DNA from: a virus
Lineage: Duplodnaviria > Caudoviricetes
Strand: one strand, 5' to 3'
Length of the DNA: 58,657 nt
IMG/VR virus record: IMGVR_UViG_3300030102_005689
Span: 1-58,657 of that record
Under the pieces are notes generated by a model, which was not told the DNA's origin, searched no databases, and was given only the letters and a program-made list of their open reading frames with translations. Below, one piece after another: positions 46,046 through 53,028 of this stretch; the stretch's first letter is position 1, and every line of letters starts with the position of its first letter. Position numbers and translations under genes: made by a program.

Positions 46046-46339
46046 TCAGTCGTTAGTCTTAGGTTGAATGCGAGTCCCCCATCCAACTAGCGGGGCAAAC
46101 TCGTAGGTTTCGGGGATGGCAGGGAGTGGAAGGTGTTCCGACTCATACAGTTCTCCTTCTATAATCTTGCCTCCATTCCATCGCACGGTGTGGCCATACT
46201 GGACGTAAGCGGAGCCACTGTGAGCAATGATCCCCTTTGGGGGTCGGTTACCCCAATGGTCTTTCGGGGCATAGCGAGACATCTTCTCGCATTTCTTTTC
46301 ATCCCAAGTTTCTTGGGGGTGGGTGTATAACTCTTTCAT
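46046..46339 (-). CDS. Hypothetical early protein
   Basis: Start MKELY after the conserved leader. Confidence 0.7.
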   Translation of the reverse strand: MKELYTHPQETWDEKKCEKMSRYAPKDHWGNRPPKGIIAHSGSAYVQYGHTVRWNGGKIIEGELYESEHLPLPAIPETYEFAPLVGWGTRIQPKTND

Positions 46340-46379
46340 TTTGTTTTCTTTGGTTTGGTTTGGTTTGGGGCATCTTTCT

Positions 46380-46673
46380 TTATCTGTCATCTTGACTGTG
46401 GAGGTGCATTACTTGTTCAAGGTTATACTGCCTAAAAGCACGGAGGTTTTCCTTGTGCTTGTCCCTTTCCTTTCTTGCTTTGTTGTAGGACTCATAGCTG
46501 TATGGATTATCATCCAGCACACAATAATCACGAGAGTGAAACTCGCATTCATCCAAGGCTTCCTGCACTTTCTTGAGGGCATCATGGACTTTCATTTCGC
46601 CCTCTAATAGCTCCTCTTTAGATGTGCCGTTCAGATGGACTGTAGGTAGTGGGTAGTTTACGTTTACTATCAT
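46380..46673 (-). CDS. Hypothetical early protein
   Basis: PTVHLNGTS..EL...H.RDY motif; conserved leader. Confidence 0.8.
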   Translation of the reverse strand: MIVNVNYPLPTVHLNGTSKEELLEGEMKVHDALKKVQEALDECEFHSRDYCVLDDNPYSYESYNKARKERDKHKENLRAFRQYNLEQVMHLHSQDDR

Positions 46674-46805
46674 TTTGTTTTCTTTGGTTTGGTTGGTTCT
46701 AGATATGGGTTAGGTAGGTCAGGAAACCTTTCAACCCTGGGGTTGGTGGCTTTCCATGCTTGCCATCCCTGTTCCACATGTGACGCGGTTTGGTGCTTTG
46801 GTTTT

Positions 46806-47000
46806 TTACTCATTTGTTTTCTTGGTTACTAATTCTAGCTCTTCACTATCGTAAGCTAGTATCTTGGTTTCAATATCACATCTGCTCAGGGCTGCTAGGA
46901 GTTCATCCAAGGCGGATTCAAGTTCCATGGTCGCCCCAAATGCATCTGTGGAAGTCCACAATGTGATTTTCTCTAGTTTTATACTTGGGTTTTTAGTCAT
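46806..47000 (-). CDS. Hypothetical protein
   Basis: 64 aa, AAGAAAACAAATG leader. Confidence 0.6.
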   Translation of the reverse strand: MTKNPSIKLEKITLWTSTDAFGATMELESALDELLAALSRCDIETKILAYDSEELELVTKKTNE

Positions 47001-47008
47001 TTGTTTTC

Positions 47009-47344
47009 TTATTTGAATGTGACTTTTTCTACTTGCCTCACAACCCTATACAGGTTGGTCGCGTTGATGCGGTCAACCAACTCTTGAGTAAACTCTTTCT
47101 TGGTCTGTTCTGGGTGGGACTGATGCACCGGTAGGTCAACTGCCAGGTTGGTTAATGCGAAGCATGTACCACAACTAGACCACCCACTGTATAGCGTGTA
47201 GTCGAGGTAACCACCATTCAGATCACATATCAATGTCATGGCGTGACCATTATTTCGAGTTACTACTGGGTCAACTTCTTCCCAGCACTTGTCCTCGTAG
47301 TTATATTTGTTCCTCCCTATATGGAGATGTGCTATTCTACTCAT
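47009..47344 (-). CDS. Hypothetical protein
   Basis: Start MSRIAH, downstream of a terminator hairpin. Confidence 0.7.
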   Translation of the reverse strand: MSRIAHLHIGRNKYNYEDKCWEEVDPVVTRNNGHAMTLICDLNGGYLDYTLYSGWSSCGTCFALTNLAVDLPVHQSHPEQTKKEFTQELVDRINATNLYRVVRQVEKVTFK

Positions 47345-47363
47345 TGTTTTCTTTTGTTTATAT

Positions 47364-47395
47364 AAAAGCCGCGCCCCCATGTAGGAGGCGCGGCT
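47364..47395 (-). terminator. Intrinsic terminator
   Basis: Minus strand AGCCGCGCCTCC-TACAT-GGGGGCGCGGCT-TTT. Confidence 0.75.
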
Positions 47396-47427
47396 GTTCC
47401 TTTGTTAGGATTGCTCTTTGGTTAGGG

Positions 47428-47667
47428 TTAGTTCCCCCTTACTATTGTTACTTTGTATGTCCGACTGTGCATCGTCAGATATTCTATCTGCTCTTCTGTG
47501 ACCTCATCACCAACGCGAAGGTCTTTAAACTCACGTTGTTCATCCTTATGCCCCCTATGAGGGGGCATTCTCAGACTCAGACGTACGGATCCAGTGATAG
47601 AGTGGATGCAGTACTTTCCGTAGTTATTGCGGTGTATCTTAATGGCTATTGTGTTATTTAATGGCAT
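47428..47667 (-). CDS. Hypothetical protein
   Basis: 79 aa in a packed early cluster. Confidence 0.65.
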   Translation of the reverse strand: MPLNNTIAIKIHRNNYGKYCIHSITGSVRLSLRMPPHRGHKDEQREFKDLRVGDEVTEEQIEYLTMHSRTYKVTIVRGN

Positions 47668-47876
47668 AGCTTTTCTCCTGTTGTGATACCACCAACGGTG
47701 TTGCCGTTGATGTCTGTTAGTGTGTTGCTGTAGCCGATGCCCTCAAAGGGCTTGCCCCTGCCACAGTTTTCCCACCATTGAACCAGGCTTTCGGATGCCC
47801 CGCTAAGGATGCGCCCGATCTCTTCAGGGTCATCAAAGGAGGCGTTGTCTATATCAAGTTGGATATTGATTGTCAT
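47658..47876 (-). CDS. Hypothetical protein
   Basis: DNASF...EIGRIL...L.DINGNTVG motif; TAATG-coupled. Confidence 0.75.
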   Translation of the reverse strand: MTINIQLDIDNASFDDPEEIGRILSGASESLVQWWENCGRGKPFEGIGYSNTLTDINGNTVGGITTGEKLCH

Positions 47877-48064
47877 TACTTGCCCTCCTTCATGCGTCTG
47901 CAATGTGCGTTCCACTTATCTGCAGCCTCTGCCATCTGACCAAACTGCTGTTCTATTGCACCATGCCCCTGTTGGGTTGAGTTATTCAACCCCGCTAACA
48001 TCAAGGGCAATATGTCTGACCACGTTGGGGTCATGTCTACTGTCTTAGGTTTCGATACTCTCAT
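47876..48064 (-). CDS. Hypothetical protein
   Basis: 62 aa, coupled on both sides. Confidence 0.7.
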   Translation of the reverse strand: MRVSKPKTVDMTPTWSDILPLMLAGLNNSTQQGHGAIEQQFGQMAEAADKWNAHCRRMKEGK

Positions 48065-48288
48065 TTGTTTCCTTTACCTTTCTTTGTTTTCTTTTTGTTG
48101 TTAGCCTTCGCCTTTGCCGGCTTGGCTAGTTCATTCTTACGGCGTTGCGCCGTGTTCTCCCACTTACGCCTGGTCTTGTCAGTCGCGTCTGTGTATGCAC
48201 TCCCTGTTGTAAGGAGACTGTCTATCACTTCAATACTAGGTGCGTCCTTGATAAGTTGACGCAATCCCATTGTCTTAGTCGCTTTCAT
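48061..48288 (-). CDS. Hypothetical basic protein
   Basis: Start MKATK; ATGA-coupled to the next gene. Confidence 0.65.
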   Translation of the reverse strand: MKATKTMGLRQLIKDAPSIEVIDSLLTTGSAYTDATDKTRRKWENTAQRRKNELAKPAKAKANNKKKTKKGKGNK

Positions 48289-48352
48289 AATGCTACTTGG
48301 TTCTAGGTTAAGTCTCACTGTGCCGGTAGCAGGGCACAGGAAACAGGATCAA

Positions 48353-48520
48353 TTACTTGCCTCGTAGGTAACGCATCATACGCTCCACTGCTCTCTTATA
48401 GTCTGCCGATCCCCTCCGCCGGCACAACCGCGCTCTCTCCAAATGAGCATGTAACAAACACCGCTGCTCCACGCTCATCTCTTTACCTTCCTCGAAGTCT
48501 GGTTCAATATAGTCATCCAT
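48353..48520 (-). CDS. Hypothetical protein
   Basis: Start MDDYIE after the upstream stop. Confidence 0.5.
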   Translation of the reverse strand: MDDYIEPDFEEGKEMSVEQRCLLHAHLERARLCRRRGSADYKRAVERMMRYLRGK

Positions 48521-48524
48521 ATTC

Positions 48525-48776
48525 TTAGTTCCTTTCATGGCAAAAGGTCTTCTCAACTGGCTTCACATCTTGGTATTGCTCGTAGGGGATAGCTATCCCC
48601 CCAACACCTAGACAAGCCCTTCGGTCATCCCGCAGGAATTGCTGGACTGCCCCCCGTTCGCTGTTCTCATATTCAGACCTGATTGTCACAAGCCTGGGTT
48701 TATACCCATCCCAATTGGAATTGGTAACTAACACTACATATCTTCCGCTTGGAGATATTACTTTTTCACTATCCAT
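48525..48776 (-). CDS. Hypothetical protein
   Basis: Start MDSEK after an A/C-rich leader. Confidence 0.6.
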   Translation of the reverse strand: MDSEKVISPSGRYVVLVTNSNWDGYKPRLVTIRSEYENSERGAVQQFLRDDRRACLGVGGIAIPYEQYQDVKPVEKTFCHERN

Positions 48777-49035
48777 AATGTTATTGTGTTGTGGCTTCAA
48801 CCTTTACGGTTACGCCGTCGATGCCTTGGGTTATCGTTACCTTTCCACTACTGGCGAAGTCTAGTAAGTCTTTAGCCTTAGTGATTAGGGTGTCGTGATG
48901 CTCTTGATGTGCGAGCCTTTTGTAATGCCTAGCGAGTAGGATTTCTCTTGATGTTTCCATTTTTATTAGTAGTCATACACCCCGACCTTGGTTAAGGCAC
49001 ACTGCACAGGGTGCAGGGCGCAGGGTGCCTTTGCT

Positions 49036-49251
49036 TTACTTACCGGCTTGCTTTGCAGCTGCCATCGTATTGATCGCGTATTCAATGAACCTGTTTAGTT
49101 CTCTGAACTCAGATTCGCTGGAGCATATACTCATCTCATTAATCATGAGGTGTTTATCTACTCTATAAATTAAGTCATCATCGTTATGGATAACTGCATG
49201 TGCTACTGCTTTTACAATCCCCGTCGTTGATGTGATTTCTTCTATATTCAT
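49036..49251 (-). CDS. Hypothetical protein
   Basis: 71 aa with GGAGG upstream. Confidence 0.65.
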   Translation of the reverse strand: MNIEEITSTTGIVKAVAHAVIHNDDDLIYRVDKHLMINEMSICSSESEFRELNRFIEYAINTMAAAKQAGK

Positions 49252-49253
49252 AT

Positions 49254-49454
49254 CTAATTACCTCCATTGTTTGTCTTCCCTAAGTTGAGAAGATCAAGAG
49301 CTTCCCACGCACCACTAGGTAGTGGATTAGTAGGTTTGATTTCCAGGGGCTTACGCTTTTCCCTGTTTAGTCTACCGGTATTCGTGCCTATGAAACTATA
49401 GATAGGTATGCCGGTCGATGTCCTTCCTATATAGGCGGTGTTTTCTTTGTCCAT
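49254..49454 (-). CDS. Hypothetical protein
   Basis: 66 aa; leader lies within a 23-bp repeat. Confidence 0.6.
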   Translation of the reverse strand: MDKENTAYIGRTSTGIPIYSFIGTNTGRLNREKRKPLEIKPTNPLPSGAWEALDLLNLGKTNNGGN

Positions 49455-49455
49455 T

Positions 49456-49632
49456 TTATGGTGTGTTTGTGGTGGATTTGCACCAATCCCAAAAGGTCAA
49501 GACCCATCGGTTTGGTATTAGTTTGAGTTTGGATCTACGCCCCTTGCCAACCATATAGTTATCCCAGAAATTAGGGTAATGGTCACGGAGATGCCTCATT
49601 GTTTTTAAGGCTATGCTTTTAAATAGCTTCAT
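49456..49632 (-). CDS. Hypothetical protein, 58 aa (not in ORF track)
   Basis: MKLFKSIALK...KSTTNTP; exactly spans two 23-bp repeats. Confidence 0.5.
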   Translation of the reverse strand: MKLFKSIALKTMRHLRDHYPNFWDNYMVGKGRRSKLKLIPNRWVLTFWDWCKSTTNTP

Positions 49633-49725
49633 TTTATGGTGTGTTTGTGGTGAATACCAAAGCGTCTCCGCCTTGGTCTAGTATTTCTGATGCTGACATA
49701 TTATTGCTTCCTTTCTGGTTACTTG

Positions 49726-49995
49726 TTAACAGCCTTCCCATTCAGATTGCCGTTCTCTCCAGCTATCTGCATAGTCAGACCATGATTCTTCACCGGCATC
49801 CGGCTGCCGGATTTGTGCCTGGAGGTAATCAATGCACCAATGGATTTGATGCACCTTCCATGTGATATTCTCATCCCGCTCTTCCTTCTCTTCAGCGGTC
49901 GTATTATTACGCCCCAAAAGATCCCACTTGATTGCCTGTGCGTTGACTCGCAAGTCACGCAGCGTTTCCAACATATCTTGGTTAATCATGTTCAT
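49726..49995 (-). CDS. Hypothetical protein
   Basis: 89 aa with GAAAGG upstream; lies between 18-bp repeats. Confidence 0.65.
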   Translation of the reverse strand: MNMINQDMLETLRDLRVNAQAIKWDLLGRNNTTAEEKEERDENITWKVHQIHWCIDYLQAQIRQPDAGEESWSDYADSWRERQSEWEGC

Positions 49996-50014
49996 TTTAC
50001 TTTTACCTTTCTGG

Positions 50015-50257
50015 TTACTTGTTTAGTTGATTGATAAGCCATGTCAGATTCTCTACCTGCACGGCCTTTGCTCTCCGTTCCATTGTTACCTTCCGCTTGC
50101 TAGGCTTAGTCAGTGATCTGATCACCTTGCCTGTTAGCTTGGGTGCTTTCCTATTCACATCCGGCGAGTGCCGGTGTGTAGGGTTTCCAGGTGCAACTCT
50201 TTGTGGTGTATATGCCGGTGGCTGTTGCTTTCCAATTCGTTTTGCTTTCATAATCAT
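50015..50257 (-). CDS. Hypothetical basic protein
   Basis: 80 aa. Confidence 0.55.
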   Translation of the reverse strand: MIMKAKRIGKQQPPAYTPQRVAPGNPTHRHSPDVNRKAPKLTGKVIRSLTKPSKRKVTMERRAKAVQVENLTWLINQLNK

Positions 50258-51254
50258 GGCTGCAGTTCAGACGCATTGCCTCATTACAATTGCCTGAACT
50301 ACAGGTAATGATTATAAATGTAGTTCCCGATCCGATTAAGGATCCTTGCTTTCTCTCCAGGGTATTCGTCCCCCTTTCCAAGTTTAATGTCTATCATGCT
50401 CCTTATCGATCAGACAGATCGTGCCTGATCCTCGCTGTAGACTATGCGGATATTATCACTCTTAGGGCGGTTCAATCCCGCCTCCGCTCGCTTATGATTC
50501 AGCGGATGCTATCCCGCTGCCGATGCCAATCGGTTCACAATTCCTGGTGGATAACTTCATGCCTAGAACGCTAGGCACAAAACACCACCGGTTTTGTAAT
50601 GCGATAATCAATATGTGGATTCACCACTAGACAATGCATGTCAATGCATGATCACTAGTTGGTTTTCCTAAGTTGCTTTTGCTAGTCGTTCACTCTCACT
50701 AAAACATCTCTGCCACGCTCCATGATCTTTTGCCATTGTTAAGGATTCCATGCAATGAGACATGAAACCGGAAACAAGGCGCAGGATACAGGAAACACAA
50801 TGCCACTTGTTAGGTGTCATTGTGTAGCCTTAAGGCTACGGTTCGAGCTAATAAAACAAGCTTCAAAGGTTAAGGAAAACCCTTGCCACTAAATCCAACG
50901 TCAAGCCTAGTAAGCCCAACTCTATAAAGAACACGCGAAAATATGCGAGGCAATCGCTATAGAAACCACGTTGAAAACCCTTCGCAAGGTTTCGTGATCC
51001 TCATGCCGTTTACTAGCCATATTCCGAATATAGGACAAAAGCCCCATTATCAGAATAATTGAACGCCTATTGAACGCTAATACTTTTCCGCCATCGCTTG
51101 CCACGTCTTCCACACTCTTCTTAGTGAACCACGTTATTAGTCCCGTGGCGTTTAGACGTGGCGCAAGGAAAAGCAAACAAGCCCCATTGCAGGCACTGTG
51201 TCCCGCTAGAGGCTTATTCGTAAAGGCTTTTAACTTGTCGCACATTTTCACCAC

Positions 51255-51285
51255 AAAAGCCCGCTAGCGCGAACGCTAGCAGGCT
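51255..51285 (-). terminator. Intrinsic terminator with UUCG loop
   Basis: Minus strand AGCCTGCTAGCG-TTCG-CGCTAGCGGGCT-TTT. Confidence 0.8.
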
Positions 51286-51310
51286 AATGGGCTTTATATG
51301 GTTTAGGGTT

Positions 51311-51676
51311 TTACTTTTTGCCAAATGTTACCACGTTGAATGTGGTATTGAACGCAAAGTATCTTGAACAAGCTTGCTGTTCACTTGGTGATAATTCACG
51401 CCAAATTTCACGCTTCATATTGGCATCAGTGATTGCCTTGTCAATCCCGCCGAACGTGGTCGGAGGAGCGATTTTAAAACGAGCAACAATGCCACAATAG
51501 ACACTATGGTCATTGTTGTATTGCTCTTGCAGTTTGACATTGAATATATCAGTTTTGTAAACATCGCCATTCAGCAATCTGATCGCAAAAGGCTTTGTTG
51601 GTGTTTCGGTTTTAGTTTCCTTCACTTTAGGTGAAGCCTTGGTTTGTGCCTTAGAGGCATTCTTTATCTTTGACAT
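51311..51676 (-). CDS. Hypothetical protein, first gene of the early strand
   Basis: Start MSKIKN, between a promoter and a terminator. Confidence 0.7.
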   Translation of the reverse strand: MSKIKNASKAQTKASPKVKETKTETPTKPFAIRLLNGDVYKTDIFNVKLQEQYNNDHSVYCGIVARFKIAPPTTFGGIDKAITDANMKREIWRELSPSEQQACSRYFAFNTTFNVVTFGKK

Positions 51677-51683
51677 TAAAAAG

Positions 51684-51713
51684 ACTATATGCACAAACCT
51701 AATAAAAAGCCAA
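51684..51713 (-). promoter_or_regulatory. Sigma70-like promoter, likely leaderless
   Basis: TTGGCT-18 nt-TATAGT, 7 nt before the ATG. Confidence 0.5.
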
Positions 51714-51916
51714 TAGAAATACTGATAAAAAGCAAAAAGATTTCATGCCTCTTTTCACAAGGTTTCAAGCAATGCCTTGCCATCCGTGGAACTTTTGCGC
51801 CATTGCATTGAACCGTGAACCATGAGGCCGGAGGCATGAGGCCGGCAACAGGACCAGGACGCCACCGGTGGGGCCAGGATTTTTTGAGCAGGGCCGGCTA
51901 TAGATATATACCCTGT

Positions 51917-52198
51917 ATGAAAAAATTTGACAAAATTGACCTGGCGGGTTCTTCTTGTGGGGAAATGGCAGATTCTTTAAAAAACGACTACTACCAGAAA
52001 AACAGAGAGGCAAGACTCTCGTATCAAAGAGCTTACTACAGAAAAAACCGTAACCGGATTATACGGGCTAGGGAGATTCGCAAGGAAGAGGACCCGAAAT
52101 GGAGCGAGCGGCAGCGCGCATATAACCGCGCATACTACATCAAAAACCGCGCAAAAATCCGGCTTCAGAGAGAAAAAAAGGCTTCTGAGGGGTCTTAA
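51917..52198 (+). CDS. Basic helical protein with YYxxNR repeats
   Basis: DYYQKNR, AYYRKNR, AYYIKNR; start 51917 or 51965. Confidence 0.65.
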   Translation: MKKFDKIDLAGSSCGEMADSLKNDYYQKNREARLSYQRAYYRKNRNRIIRAREIRKEEDPKWSERQRAYNRAYYIKNRAKIRLQREKKASEGS

Positions 52199-52203
52199 TT
52201 GAG

Positions 52204-52550
52204 AATCTCTGAGCGGTCGAGCGCGCATTTAGAAATCTGAGCGGTCAAAAAGAAATTGACGGGCGGAGCGCGCATTAGTGCCAAAATGGCTCAAAAAGGG
52301 CTATTTCCAATACAAATCCCTAAAATGTTTAGAACTTTATCCGTCTGAGCAAACTGAAAACTTTTTTGAGAGGCGAAATGAATTTATTATATAATGTAAT
52401 AAATTCATTTCCTTCTATAGAAAAGTTTTATATAGGGGGGTTGCGTCAAGTTCTTTCCTGTGCTAGTCTGTTCAAGAACTTTTTAACCGCTCATTCCCAT
52501 GACAACCGCTCAGAGATTATCGACCGCTCATTTACAACAAGCAGACCGCT
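52204..52550. other. Candidate replication origin or packaging site: inverted TGAGCGGT repeats around AT-rich palindrome copy 2
   Basis: TCTGAGCGGTC at 52208 and 52236; ACCGCTCA at 52486, 52505, 52523; palindrome 52375-52411. Confidence 0.45.
52441..52469 (+). promoter_or_regulatory. Extended -10 promoter
   Basis: TTGCGT-17 nt (ending TGC)-TAGTCT. Confidence 0.55.
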
Positions 52551-53005
52551 TAAAAATACCAGGTGCTTCCAAGTATGAAATCGACGTATACGGCTTCGTT
52601 TACCGCAACGGAAAACGTATTTCGCTCCAACGCAGAGGTGCCTGTTGGCAAGCTCAAGTTTATTCAGATAAAGGACAGCGCGTAAACTTCGACTCTGAAC
52701 GCCTAGCCCGAATCCTGTTCGGTGAGGACGAACCCGAACTCAGGAGGCAGGATATAGAGCGCAACTTTGACATCCGCACTGTGCCCGAATTCCCGCGTTA
52801 TGCGGTAACACCCTATGGGGCTGTTTACTGTGTGGATCCACCGAAGAGGGGTAAGAACGCTGGTTCCTGTTACCTGCTCAAGGAGTCATTGAGCCGGAAC
52901 AAGCCTTATGTGAATCTTTACAGGGCGGATGGCACAAAGCGCAGGAAACAGGTTTCATGGGTAGTTAAGTCGGCTTGGGGTGGATTAGACCTTGATGAGG
53001 CTTAA
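52499..53005 (+). CDS. Tandem NUMOD4-like DNA-binding protein, no HNH active site seen
   Basis: IPGASKYEIDVYGFVY and VPEFPRYAVTPYGAVY...YVNLY...RKQV repeats. Confidence 0.55.
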   Translation: MTTAQRLSTAHLQQADRLKIPGASKYEIDVYGFVYRNGKRISLQRRGACWQAQVYSDKGQRVNFDSERLARILFGEDEPELRRQDIERNFDIRTVPEFPRYAVTPYGAVYCVDPPKRGKNAGSCYLLKESLSRNKPYVNLYRADGTKRRKQVSWVVKSAWGGLDLDEA

Positions 53006-53019
53006 AAAAGAATTAAATT
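52992..53019 (+). promoter_or_regulatory. Possible promoter for the portal operon
   Basis: TTGATG-16 nt-TAAATT, 9 nt before ATG 53029. Confidence 0.4.
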
Positions 53020-53028
53020 TCCGGTTAC

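Noticed and set aside
41896-47010. CRISPR-like array from the recurring AACCAAAG motif
   Set aside because: Spacing is irregular and gene-sized, and each copy ends in an ATG; no cas operon (the Cas4-like gene is a standard phage replication nuclease)
50446-50490. tRNA gene
   Set aside because: Only a T-arm and a 5-bp acceptor-like stem; no D arm, anticodon arm or CCA
50922-51267. ORFs 50922..51254 (-) and 51070..51267 (+)
   Set aside because: Non-ATG starts, adjacent to or overlapping a terminator, no protein-like features
21661-52455. Shared 12-mer CGTCAAGTTCTT in two promoter spacers (21661 and 52444)
   Set aside because: Opposite orientation relative to the respective promoters and only two copies; could be chance
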